DNA of 63,067 nt, filler included. It is 3 parts of 3 records of this genome, joined end to end, with 100 filler letters (N's around TTAATTAATTAA, not from the genome) between each part and the next. Parts side by side here need not be neighbours in the genome. Positions count along the whole stretch, not along the records: positions 1 to 25,914 come from DRR723986_8723; 2 more parts are not named here. One strand, given 5' to 3'. Below the pieces are notes generated by a model that made no database searches, was not told where the DNA came from, and was given only the letters and a program-made list of their open reading frames with translations. Of the stretch, positions 9,342 through 19,278 are shown piece after piece. The first letter of the stretch is position 1. Each line of letters opens with the position of its first letter. The position numbers and the translations under genes were made by a program.

Positions 9342-11321
9342 GTGAATCAGGCGAACAAAGAGTCGACGGGCAACACCGCCGGCGAGCCACCGCGGGGGAA
9401 TTCCGCAGGCTTTATCGAGCATTTTCGAGCTGACTTTGTTTCGGGCATGCTCGTCTTCTTAATCGCATTGCCGCTATGCTTGGGGATCGCTATCGCTAGC
9501 GGCTACCCGCCGATCGCTGGGATTTTCACAGCGATAATTGGCTCGCTTGTCACAACATTTATCAGCAACAGCGAGTTGACCATCAAAGGGCCCGCGGCGG
9601 GCTTGATCGTTATTGCCATCGGTTGTGTCAACGACTTTGGTGGGCCCGAGAGCGTCGATGCGTACCGAGCCGCCTTGGCGGTTGGCGTCGCTGCAGCCGT
9701 TCTACAGATTCTTTTCGGTGTTTTCCGTGCCGGCATCTTGGGTGAGTTTTTTCCAAGCTCGACAGTCCACGGGATGCTGGCGGCAATTGGTGTGATCATC
9801 ATGATCAAACAGTTCCCCGTCGCACTTGGTGTCGACGGCAAAGGGGAACCACTAGAAATGCTGCGTGAGTTTCCGCATTATCTGAAGGAAGCAAATCCAG
9901 CAATTGCGTGCATCGGTTTCGTCAGCATTTTGATTATGTTTGCTTGGCCATGGGTGGGTAAGAAGCTTCCAGCGTTGAAGCGGATTCCAGCTCCGATGAT
10001 CGTGCTGCTTGTTGCCGTCCCAATGGGACTTTATCTCGACCTGCTGCACGAGCACTCATACACACTTCGCGGACATAAATACCAGCTCGACGATCACTAT
10101 CTAGTCGATATGCCGGACCGAGTCTTTGGGATGTTCGACTATGTGACGTTTCCTGACCTTGCAGCTCTCGGACAAATCAAAGCTTGGAAGTGGGTGATGA
10201 TGTTCTTCATCATCGGAAGTCTTGAATCGTTGCTCAGTGCTAAAGCGGTCGACTTGCTCGACCCTTGGAAACGCAAGACCAACCTTGATCGAGATGTCAT
10301 GGCCGTCGGGGTAGCCAATCTCTGCGCCGCCAGCGTTGGTGGTCTGCCAATGATTTCGGAGATCGTTCGATCCAAGGCAAACATCGACAATGGTGCCCGC
10401 ACTCGATTTGCGGATATGTGGCACGGATTGTTCTTGCTCGCGTGTGTCGCCTTAATTCCAATGCTCCTGCACGCAATCCCGCTAGCCGCGCTGGCTGGCA
10501 TGCTCGTTTACACAGGCTACCGACTGGCTCACCCAACCGAGTTCATTCACATCTACCGAATCGGAAAAGAGCAACTTGCAATCTTCATCGTCACGATGGT
10601 CATGGTGCTCGCGACGGACTTGTTAATCGGCGTCCTGGTCGGCATCCTACTGAAACTGATAATTCACATCGTTAATGGCGTTCCAATTCGCTCCCTTTTC
10701 AAGCCCTTCTTGGAAGTACAGAGCTTGGACGCAAAGACGAGCTTGATCGTGGCCCGAGAGTCCGCAGTTTTTAGTAACTGGATCCCCTTCAAACGTCAGA
10801 TCGAGAATATCGGACTGGTCCAGAAGCGAAACCTTGTTCTCGACGTTTCCGATGCAAAGCTGGTCGACAACAGCGTCATGGAGAAGCTCGAAGAGATGGA
10901 GCGAGACTTCGAACTCGAAGGACTCAAGCTCGAAATCCGTGGATTAGAAGAGTTACAGCCGGTTAGTGAAAACGCAAACGCGACTCGAAAAGGTGGGCTT
11001 TCCACCATTCGACGCATTACGATCATTTCTGACCAGCATTTCGAAACTTGGTTGCGTGAAAAGTGCCTCCAGTTCGGTGCAACGGGTTACACTTCTTCAC
11101 CTTGCGTCGGCGCGGGACGTCGTGATCTGGCTGCAGGAAGCGTTAAAGATTCGCAAGTTCGCATGGAAGTCATTGCATTGCCCCGTGTCTGCAACGCCAT
11201 CCTTGAATCAATGCGTCACGAGATCAAGGACGCTGAGAACATCACCGTCTGCGTTGAAACAGTCGAAGTACCTCGCTTCGCCGACTTCGTCCCCGAGAAT
11301 ACAACTGAAAACGACACTTGA
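9342..11321 (+). CDS. SulP/SLC26 anion transporter with STAS domain and fused C-terminal SbtB/PII-like domain
   Basis: SulP motifs [35 protein letters not shown] and [12 protein letters not shown]. Short STAS ([17 protein letters not shown]). The last ~100 aa read RITIISD...GATGYT...GAGRR...VRMEVI...VCVETVEV, a PII/SbtB pattern. Confidence 0.9.
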   Translation: MNQANKESTGNTAGEPPRGNSAGFIEHFRADFVSGMLVFLIALPLCLGIAIASGYPPIAGIFTAIIGSLVTTFISNSELTIKGPAAGLIVIAIGCVNDFGGPESVDAYRAALAVGVAAAVLQILFGVFRAGILGEFFPSSTVHGMLAAIGVIIMIKQFPVALGVDGKGEPLEMLREFPHYLKEANPAIACIGFVSILIMFAWPWVGKKLPALKRIPAPMIVLLVAVPMGLYLDLLHEHSYTLRGHKYQLDDHYLVDMPDRVFGMFDYVTFPDLAALGQIKAWKWVMMFFIIGSLESLLSAKAVDLLDPWKRKTNLDRDVMAVGVANLCAASVGGLPMISEIVRSKANIDNGARTRFADMWHGLFLLACVALIPMLLHAIPLAALAGMLVYTGYRLAHPTEFIHIYRIGKEQLAIFIVTMVMVLATDLLIGVLVGILLKLIIHIVNGVPIRSLFKPFLEVQSLDAKTSLIVARESAVFSNWIPFKRQIENIGLVQKRNLVLDVSDAKLVDNSVMEKLEEMERDFELEGLKLEIRGLEELQPVSENANATRKGGLSTIRRITIISDQHFETWLREKCLQFGATGYTSSPCVGAGRRDLAAGSVKDSQVRMEVIALPRVCNAILESMRHEIKDAENITVCVETVEVPRFADFVPENTTENDT

Positions 11322-11388
11322 TGTCGGTTCAGCCGCGTGTCTGAGAGATGCTGTTGTGCATTCTGTCCGAAGGAAAAAGAGGGATAGG

Positions 11389-13056
11389 CTACTCCTCATT
11401 CACACTGGCGTCACTACTGATCAACGTCACCTGGGCAACGACGGGGCAATGATCGGAGGCGATCTTGCCTGCAACCACGCGGCTTGACAAATCACGCCAG
11501 GACGACTGCCGATCGACGAAGATGAAGTCAATTTCAGTTTTCGATGCATCGGCGGGCCAAGTAAATCGTGCATCACGCGGCTTATCTGCCTCGACGAACT
11601 GCTCGCGGAAGGCAGAAAGCGTACGCGATTCAGGTTGATCATTGAAATCGCCCATGACAATCGTGGGCAGTGCGGTCTCTTTCGCCTCAAGCCACTGAAG
11701 CAATTCTGAGCCCTGCTGGAACCGTACGATATCGTCCGCTACCCAATCGAAATGAAGGCTGACTGCGCGAATTCGCTGACCGCCGGGGAGCTGCATGGTT
11801 ACGACCAATGCAACGCGAGGTTCACGCCCAGCGGGCAGTCGGACGGATTCAACATCGCAGACCGGCCACTTCGTTAGCATCCCCAGACCGTAGTTTCCAC
11901 CGCCGTAGGGCATGAATGAAGCAAACGAAGCGTACATGCCAAGCGATTTACCGAGCTGGCGCATTTGGTTGACGCTCTTCGAACGCTCACAATTCATGTC
12001 AATTTCTTGAACTGCTACGATGCTAGCCTCAAGTTCACGGATGCACTTCGCAGTACGGTCCAAATCCAGCTTCCCATCCGATCCTGCACCGTGTCGAATA
12101 TTGTAAGTCGCGACGCGCAGCTCGTGCTGAGTGGGAATTTCATCCAGTCCGACTGATTGAAACTCAACCAGAACGGCAGCGTGGTCAGACGGAAACTTCT
12201 CGTCGTGCTGCTCGATATTGCGAGCTTCCGTAGGCCGAAAAGTATCTGAGTCGTAATAGACGTAGTCGATCCGTTCTTGTAGCTGTTCGGGAAACCTCGG
12301 GCTCCAAGTGCGATCACTGCTGCGATTGACACCTGGATTCACTTCGCGGAACGCATCGATATACCCTGCTTCGGTTGCTATGCGACTCGTGTTCCATCGC
12401 ACCCACTGCTCGTAGAAATCAGTGTTGGTCTCTGTGTAGTCCAGATGCGACATGGAATTGAAGTCACCAGCGAGAAACACGCCATGAACTTTCTGCTTAA
12501 TCGTCGAGAGTCGCTTGCGAATGGCCGCGGTAATCTTCTTCAGATCCGTTGCGCTCGGGGCGCACGCCTCCAACCACTGTTGAGTCGTTCGATCGTCGCG
12601 GATTTCCGGCAGCCAGATATCCTCTCCGTAGGGAAGCCAGATCGAGTACACCGCAATGTGTTTCCCCGAGGGCAGCTTCACCAGTGCCCCAACACACTTA
12701 AATGCTTCGAATACACTAATATCGTCAACCACGGGCCAACGACTATGAATTGAAACGTTGGTCCCACGAGGTGCAAAGTGAAATTTCAGTTCGCTCGAAA
12801 TCTGTTCGCCACTGCCGTAGGTCTCCTGCATAGCAACAATGTCCGCGCCGCTATCACGAATTACATCGACGACTCGATCAGGCCCGACCTTATCACCGTC
12901 TTCGCGTCCGCCGTGCCAAATATTCCAAGTCATTACACGAACCGACTCGGCACCTTGGTCACTATCCTGGGCGGCAACCGCACCTGGCATACACGTCATC
13001 AGGGCGACGATGAAATAGCGAAGCAAACTTGTCAATTGAGAGTTTTTTAGCCGCAT
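11389..13056 (-). CDS. Secreted protein with two tandem endonuclease/exonuclease/phosphatase (EEP) domains
   Basis: Two full motif sets: TWNI..QE..GDFN..RIDY..SDH and TYNI..QE..GDFN..IDFI..SDH. Signal peptide follows ATG 13056. Confidence 0.88.
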   Translation of the reverse strand: MRLKNSQLTSLLRYFIVALMTCMPGAVAAQDSDQGAESVRVMTWNIWHGGREDGDKVGPDRVVDVIRDSGADIVAMQETYGSGEQISSELKFHFAPRGTNVSIHSRWPVVDDISVFEAFKCVGALVKLPSGKHIAVYSIWLPYGEDIWLPEIRDDRTTQQWLEACAPSATDLKKITAAIRKRLSTIKQKVHGVFLAGDFNSMSHLDYTETNTDFYEQWVRWNTSRIATEAGYIDAFREVNPGVNRSSDRTWSPRFPEQLQERIDYVYYDSDTFRPTEARNIEQHDEKFPSDHAAVLVEFQSVGLDEIPTQHELRVATYNIRHGAGSDGKLDLDRTAKCIRELEASIVAVQEIDMNCERSKSVNQMRQLGKSLGMYASFASFMPYGGGNYGLGMLTKWPVCDVESVRLPAGREPRVALVVTMQLPGGQRIRAVSLHFDWVADDIVRFQQGSELLQWLEAKETALPTIVMGDFNDQPESRTLSAFREQFVEADKPRDARFTWPADASKTEIDFIFVDRQSSWRDLSSRVVAGKIASDHCPVVAQVTLISSDASVNEE

Positions 13057-13066
13057 GGGTTTCCTG

Positions 13067-14164
13067 TTATTTTTGCTTCGAATCCAATCGGACACTTCCC
13101 GCCCTAGCAACTTCATCCCACCGATAAAGCAAGAAATTCCTATCGATGCTATTCATTGCTATAAAGATGCCGTGCGGAAAATTTGGGCCCAGAGGTTCAG
13201 CCGTGGCTTCAATACCATCTGTCGAGTCAGCACCGCCAGAAAATATCTTAAGCACTTTTTGGTGGTTGTGCGGGTCACCATCTGCGCCGCTGCGATCAAA
13301 TACAACATACCGACTGTCGCCGTCAATTTGATCGCTGCATATCACGTAACCTTTCGACGCAGAAAGTTGTAGTAACGCAATCCCCTCGCGATCTCCCGCG
13401 AAATCAGCCTTGCCAAACACAGCAAGCTCCGTATCCGCATCCGCGTGATCTGGGTCAGCGTGCCACTTCCGGATTGCGCCGCCTTCATCGGCATAATAGA
13501 CAAACCCAAGCTCGTCATCGACGGCGATGGCTTCTATTTCTTCTTTTCCAGAGAAAGAACCGAATTCACGGACCTTGGATGCGTGAATCCGGCCGTCTTC
13601 ATCAGCGTGCAACTTGTACTGCCAAAGATACCCGCTAGTGGGCCCAAACTTGCGTCCGACGATCGCGAACGCAGCCGCATCGCGACTCCTGCGGTATAGA
13701 CCGATCCCCATCGGTGCCGCGTAGTCGCCGGTTTGCCCGTCAAAAACCCTTACTCTGCCGATCTCCTCCAAGCCCTTTGCATCGACTTTGAAGATCCTTA
13801 TTTGCTGCTGCAGCCGCTCGGTCACTACCGCAATATCCAAGGTCTTACCACCAAGCTGAACCGAGTGCTCGACATCGATATTGTTCGGGCGGTCAATCCC
13901 GTCAATCTCTTGCCGAATCTTTCCATCCAGCCCGAAGACGACAATGCTACCGGATGGGGCAGGGGACTTGTTCGTCCCCAATATTAAACTCTCAGATGGG
14001 TTGCCCCGATTGATCCAAATCGCGGGATCATCAGGATCGTCAGGCACTGGTTCAGTCGAAAGCAATGGCTTGACTTGAACAACAGTTTGCGACCAACTCG
14101 CTTTGCAGGGCAAGACGAGCGTCGTTGCGCCAACAATTGCGGCCATCCAGACGTAGCGAATCAC
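13067..14164 (-). CDS. Beta-propeller 3-phytase
   Basis: DDPDDPAIW, ILGTNK, RPNNIDV, EIEAIAVDDELG..YYADE, DREGIAL and STDGIE..LGPNFPHGIF. Signal peptide present. Confidence 0.9.
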   Translation of the reverse strand: MIRYVWMAAIVGATTLVLPCKASWSQTVVQVKPLLSTEPVPDDPDDPAIWINRGNPSESLILGTNKSPAPSGSIVVFGLDGKIRQEIDGIDRPNNIDVEHSVQLGGKTLDIAVVTERLQQQIRIFKVDAKGLEEIGRVRVFDGQTGDYAAPMGIGLYRRSRDAAAFAIVGRKFGPTSGYLWQYKLHADEDGRIHASKVREFGSFSGKEEIEAIAVDDELGFVYYADEGGAIRKWHADPDHADADTELAVFGKADFAGDREGIALLQLSASKGYVICSDQIDGDSRYVVFDRSGADGDPHNHQKVLKIFSGGADSTDGIEATAEPLGPNFPHGIFIAMNSIDRNFLLYRWDEVARAGSVRLDSKQK

Positions 14165-14248
14165 AGTAGTTGAACTCCTTCGATTCTGGTTTCCAACGTG
14201 AAATTCCAGCTAATCGAGAAATAGAAAACAAGCGGGTGCTGGTTGTGT

Positions 14249-15013
14249 TCAGACCGTTGCAGCGAGCTGCGATGCTAGCGGCAGGTCGTCGACCAACTTC
14301 AACAAACGCCGCACGTCGGGCAGTTGTGGTTTGTAGCTGAGCAATGCGTTACGTTGTTTCTCACTCAGACGTGCCGCGAAGGGATTCTTGTAGAAGGCTT
14401 CCAACGTTCCAGCTTGACAAAGAACCTCCGTTGCAGCCGCTTTACCAAGTCCAGGACAGCCAGCAATGCCATCACTGGGATCACCAACGATCGCACGATA
14501 GTCAACCCATTGATCGGCGCGGACGCTGTACTTTTCCAGTAGAGCGTCGGCAGTTGTAACGTGCATCGCAAGTTTATCGGCGGCAACTCGATCAACTTTG
14601 GTGACCTGTGTCACGTTGCCGGGCGAAAGCAGTTGGTGCAAGTCCTTGTCCGCGGAAAATAGAATCGCTCGTTGGCCTTCATCAAGAGCCATTCTTGTGA
14701 GACTTGCGATGCAATCATCCGCTTCGTATTGTGGCATTGAGACGTTGGATACGTTTGGCATCGAAACGGCATCTCGCGTTTCGCGTAACATTTGATGAAA
14801 CTCGGGAGCTTTCTTCTCTCGATGCGCTTTGTATGCACCGGAGATTTCAACTCGAAACGAATCTCCTACATCCCAGCAGATAGCCGCTCGCTCAAAAGGC
14901 ACTTGGCCGAGTAAAGTAGAGAGGCGATTCAGGAAATTCCTGGTTACGTTCTCAGGGTTCGCGTAATAACACTGTGCGAACCAGTTGTTTCCGTCGATCA
15001 AGATCCAGTTCAT
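14249..15013 (-). CDS. Stand-alone 5'-3' exonuclease / flap endonuclease (PolA N-terminal/Xni-like)
   Basis: ILIDGNN, YKAHR, YEADD, SADKDLHQL and the H3TH motif GDPSDGIAGCPGLG. No polymerase domain. Start ATG 15013. Confidence 0.88.
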   Translation of the reverse strand: MNWILIDGNNWFAQCYYANPENVTRNFLNRLSTLLGQVPFERAAICWDVGDSFRVEISGAYKAHREKKAPEFHQMLRETRDAVSMPNVSNVSMPQYEADDCIASLTRMALDEGQRAILFSADKDLHQLLSPGNVTQVTKVDRVAADKLAMHVTTADALLEKYSVRADQWVDYRAIVGDPSDGIAGCPGLGKAAATEVLCQAGTLEAFYKNPFAARLSEKQRNALLSYKPQLPDVRRLLKLVDDLPLASQLAATV

Positions 15014-15420
15014 CTGTTCAGCACGATTACATAGTTCGCCAGCCCGCGTGAAAGCGTCGAGAGCTGCCGATCGGCGGAGCCACCGCAGCAAGCTCACGCC
15101 ACTGGTTCCAAGAGTCACTGCCACAAGTGTCGAGTTTGGCAGGTTCTACTGTGGTTGTGTAGGGGGCAAAAATGCCAGTCGAAACTTCTCAATGGTGCTG
15201 CGAGGTCCATGAAGTCACTCCCACTGGATTGGTCAGTTTCACCACCAACCACGGATTCTTACTCATTTTGTGCGAGCCGATGGCTGGTGAGTTCGTACCA
15301 TGTGACTTTGTTAGCCGCTTGTCCCCTTTTTACGTTTCTTGACGACCACGTTAAGATACCCCGGCCAACGGTTAGAAGTAGCCCGAGCTAATACAGAACA
15401 CTGAATCGTGAGGAACAATC

Positions 15421-16077
15421 ATGGCTGGATCGATTTCCACTGACCGCGAAGGGTTGATCGAGGACGTATTGACCGCTGAGCAACAAGCCGCTTTGACGCC
15501 GAGTTCAGTGATTGAAGTTTTGAAGACGGGCAACGCAAGGTTTGTTGCTGGCGAAGTAACCGTTCGCAATCACAAGGCACAAATTCGAAAAGCAGCCCTA
15601 AGTCAGTTCCCCAAAGCAATCGTGCTTTCTTGCGTAGATTCGCGCGTTCCGGTTGAGGACGTGTTTGACCGCGGAATTGGTGACATGTTTGTTGCGCGTG
15701 TCGCGGGCAACTTCGTCAACCCTGACATCCTTGGATCGATGGAGTTCGCATGTAAAGTCTCCGGCTCAAAGGTCATCCTGGTCCTTGGGCATGAGCACTG
15801 CGGAGCAGTCAAGAGTGCTATCGACGGCGTCGAACTCGGCAATATCACCGAAATGCTCTCGAAGCTCGCGCCTGCAGTCGAGCAAACCGATGGGGATGAT
15901 CGCACGAGCAAGAACGAAGCGTTTGTTCATGCTGTCACTGAGCAAAATGTACTCCTCAACATCCAGCGCATCCGAGATGAGAGTCCGATTCTGAAGCAGA
16001 TGGAAGCCGATGGAGAGATTGCGATCATCGGTGGACTTTACGACATGGACAACGGCCAAGTCACTTTTCTGGACTAA
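15421..16077 (+). CDS. Beta-class carbonic anhydrase
   Basis: Zn-ligand motifs LSCVDSRV and GHEHCGAV, plus FVARVAGN and GSMEF. GAGGA RBS. Confidence 0.95.
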   Translation: MAGSISTDREGLIEDVLTAEQQAALTPSSVIEVLKTGNARFVAGEVTVRNHKAQIRKAALSQFPKAIVLSCVDSRVPVEDVFDRGIGDMFVARVAGNFVNPDILGSMEFACKVSGSKVILVLGHEHCGAVKSAIDGVELGNITEMLSKLAPAVEQTDGDDRTSKNEAFVHAVTEQNVLLNIQRIRDESPILKQMEADGEIAIIGGLYDMDNGQVTFLD

Positions 16078-16091
16078 GTCCTCTTCAAGGA

Positions 16092-17723
16092 TTGAACGAG
16101 TTGATGGGATACGATTTCAAGAACATCAAAGGGGACCTGAGCGGAGGTTTCGTGGCGGGCATCATTGCATTGCCACTTGCTCTCGCATTCGGGGTCCAGT
16201 CCGGTTTGGGGGCTGAAGCAGGACTGTATGGCGCGATCGCCGTCGGGATCCTGGCCGCCCTTTTCGGAGGCACAGCAACGCAGGCCTCCGGCCCAACGGG
16301 TCCAATGACTGTTGTTTCGGCCTCCATCGTGGTCTTCGCCACTGAGGCGACTGGCAGCATCGAAGACGGCTTGGGGATCGTGCTACTATGTTTCCTGACA
16401 GGCGGTCTTTTGCAAGTCGGTCTGGGACTACTCGGGATTGGTAAATACATTCGCTATTTCCCTTATCCGGTCGTGTCTGGATTCATGAGCGGCGTTGGAC
16501 TCATCATTGTGTTCTTGCAGCTCTGGCCTTTGATGGGTAGCGCGTCGCCCAAATCGACCATTGAGGTTTTCACGCGTATCAGCGAACCTCTGCAGGCTAT
16601 CAATCCGTGGGCGGTGGCCCTTGGAGTGATCACGCTGGTCGTCAACTACACGTTTCCGCTCATCACGAAGAAGGTTCCCGCCGTCCTTGTCGCCTTGCTG
16701 GTCGGAACCGGTTTGTCGATTTTGCTGAAAGTGGACGTGCCTGTCATTGGGGATATTCCAACTGGTTTCCCGCCACTGCGAGTCAGTTCATTCTTCACAG
16801 TTGCACCAGAGTATTATGGCTTTATCTTGAAGTCAGGCATGGCCCTCGCGTTGCTTGGATCCATCGATTCGCTTCTCACATCGGTGATTGCTGACAACTT
16901 GACGAAGGATCAGCACAATAGCAAACGAGAACTAATCGGGCAGGGAATCGGAAACATCGCCGCTTCCATGTTTGGCGGGATTCCCGGCGCTGGTGCCACA
17001 AAGGGAACGGTTGTCGCCATCAATGCTGGAGCCAAGACGCGGCTGTCAGGTATCACGCACGGCCTCTTTCAACTGGCCGCTTTGTTGGGTGCCGGCACTC
17101 TGGCGGCGTATATCCCGTTGAGTGTTCTTGCAGGTCTGCTGATTTCCGTCGGCGTTGCCATTATCGATTACAAGAGCTTCAAACATTTGCTGCACGTGCC
17201 CAAGGCCGACGCTGCAGTGATGATCGTTGTTCTCATCTGGACGGTATTCGGCAATCTGATCTACGCAGTTGCCGCGGGCGTTGTTTTGGCCAGCGTCCTG
17301 TTCATGAAACAGGCTAGCGATCTGGCAGAGCAAGAATCAACGGTCACGCCGATCGATCCGGAACCTAACTGGGACGACGAGGAGAATGTCGCTCAAGAAG
17401 CTTCAGTCTTCATCAAGCACTTGTACGGGCCGCTGTTCTTTGGGTTCAGCTCAGGGTTTCGCGCGCTCGTTTCCTCAATTCCCGAGGAAGCGAAGACGTT
17501 GATCATCCGAATGGAGCGCGTTCCCTACATAGACCAGTCGGGGCTCTACGCGTTGGAAGACACAGTGTTGCAGTTAACGCAACACGGCAAGACCGTGGTG
17601 CTCACCGGCCTTAAGACACAACCTGAAGACATGCTGACACGAATCGGTTTCATTCCGAACCTGGTATCGGAAGATCATGTTTTCGAGTCGTTCGAAAACT
17701 GCAAAGCTTGGCTTAAGAGTTAG
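16092..17723 (+). CDS. SulP family transporter, BicA-like (probable bicarbonate transporter)
   Basis: GDLSGGFVAGIIALPLALAFG, SGPTGPMTVV, NSKRELIGQGIGN and STAS (GPLFFG, YIDQSG). Directly downstream of the carbonic anhydrase; the start may be ATG 16104. Confidence 0.92.
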   Translation: MNELMGYDFKNIKGDLSGGFVAGIIALPLALAFGVQSGLGAEAGLYGAIAVGILAALFGGTATQASGPTGPMTVVSASIVVFATEATGSIEDGLGIVLLCFLTGGLLQVGLGLLGIGKYIRYFPYPVVSGFMSGVGLIIVFLQLWPLMGSASPKSTIEVFTRISEPLQAINPWAVALGVITLVVNYTFPLITKKVPAVLVALLVGTGLSILLKVDVPVIGDIPTGFPPLRVSSFFTVAPEYYGFILKSGMALALLGSIDSLLTSVIADNLTKDQHNSKRELIGQGIGNIAASMFGGIPGAGATKGTVVAINAGAKTRLSGITHGLFQLAALLGAGTLAAYIPLSVLAGLLISVGVAIIDYKSFKHLLHVPKADAAVMIVVLIWTVFGNLIYAVAAGVVLASVLFMKQASDLAEQESTVTPIDPEPNWDDEENVAQEASVFIKHLYGPLFFGFSSGFRALVSSIPEEAKTLIIRMERVPYIDQSGLYALEDTVLQLTQHGKTVVLTGLKTQPEDMLTRIGFIPNLVSEDHVFESFENCKAWLKS

Positions 17724-17741
17724 GCTTTCGGCCCTTGCGAG

Positions 17742-18800
17742 CTAAGCATCCGCCTTTTGCTTCGCTTCCTCGGATTCAATCATCTGTCCAAGGATGTCCT
17801 CCAGACTGATACGAATGTCCCAGTCTGGGTAATGACTTCGCAGCTTGCTTAAATCACTGATATAGCAAATGTGATCGCCAACACGATTGGTTTCACTGTA
17901 CGAGTGATTCACTTTGTGTTTGCTGATCTTCTCGATCATCTGGATGCACTCGAGCACGGATGCTGAATTGCCTCGACCTCCGCCCAGATTGTAGACCTCG
18001 CCAGGACGCGGAGCCTTCGAAAACGCTTCGAACGCGGCAATGACATCAGATGACTCGATCTGATCACGCACTTGCTTTCCTTTGTAACCGAAGATCGTAT
18101 AGTGCTTGCCGGTCACAGCGACGTGAACCAAATACGAGAGGAATCCATGCAGCTCAACGCCCGAATGACTGGCGCCGGTGAGACAGCCGCCGCGAAAGAT
18201 TCCAACATTCATTCCAAAATAGCGACCATACTCTTGAGCAATTACGTCAGCCGCCGTCTTCGACGCGCCGAAGAGTGAATGAGTTGTCTGGTCGATCCGG
18301 CAGTCTTCGGAAATCCCATTGAAATCGCTCTCCCGCTCGTACTCCCATCGCGTCTCAAGCTCGACCAGGGGTAGTTCGTTGGGAGCGTCACCGTAGACCT
18401 TGTTGGTGCTCATGTGACAGAACACCGCCTCACCACAGTGCTGTCGCGTCGCCTCGAGTAGGTTTAGCGTTCCGCCCGCATTCACATCGAAATCGAGATG
18501 CGGAATATCCTTCGCCTTATCGTGAGAAGGCTGGGCCGCGCAGTGGATAATGAGATCAAACTTTGTTCCCTTGAACAGCGCGTCAATGGCCTCTCGGTCG
18601 CAGATATCGATGCTTTCATGACGAAAATTCTTAGTGTCGGCCTGTAGACGTTGCAGATTCCAAGCCGTACTGCCGGAGGGCCCAAAGAAGGTTTTCCGCA
18701 TGTCGTTGTCGACGCCAACGACGTCCGCACCTTCGCCGTCCCAATGGCGGACCGCTGCCGAACCAATCAACCCACTTGAACCGGTAACCAGTACGCGCAT
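17742..18800 (-). CDS. NAD-dependent sugar-nucleotide epimerase (CDP-paratose 2-epimerase-like)
   Basis: VLVTGSSGLIG, HCAAQPSHD, STNKVYGD and GYKGKQVRD. Confidence 0.85.
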   Translation of the reverse strand: MRVLVTGSSGLIGSAAVRHWDGEGADVVGVDNDMRKTFFGPSGSTAWNLQRLQADTKNFRHESIDICDREAIDALFKGTKFDLIIHCAAQPSHDKAKDIPHLDFDVNAGGTLNLLEATRQHCGEAVFCHMSTNKVYGDAPNELPLVELETRWEYERESDFNGISEDCRIDQTTHSLFGASKTAADVIAQEYGRYFGMNVGIFRGGCLTGASHSGVELHGFLSYLVHVAVTGKHYTIFGYKGKQVRDQIESSDVIAAFEAFSKAPRPGEVYNLGGGRGNSASVLECIQMIEKISKHKVNHSYSETNRVGDHICYISDLSKLRSHYPDWDIRISLEDILGQMIESEEAKQKADA

Positions 18801-19278
18801 CGAGCTACTCTCCAAATTGACTCTGAGGGGCAAGGATCAACGTCGTGCGATCCAACTAAGCTGCAGCCACAGGGCAGCCAGCACGACGTGGGCAAATCGC
18901 AGGTAACTGGTCGATGTTAACCAGCCGACCGCGAGTTTTCGCCACGATATGTTTCGTTCTAAGGGCTTCGAAGCATACTCAAACCAGTCCAACTGCCCAG
19001 ATGGCATAACCGTTACGACCGGTTGGATTAGCGAACAATTAGAATCCGCATCACAGAAGAGAACTAGTATTAACATAGTTTGGATGAAATTAAGCCCACG
19101 GTAGTCGTTAGCAGGCCAGCGATTCAGGCGTATACTTCATTGATCGATGCGCAGGGCCCGACGCGGAATTCCGTTCCAGGAATCACGCACTTTGGAGTTG
19201 GCAAGTACATCCACATTATCAACTGCCCTTCGAGCAGCATTTCTGAGCAGCCATTTTGAGCACTGGAAAAATCCCGCA

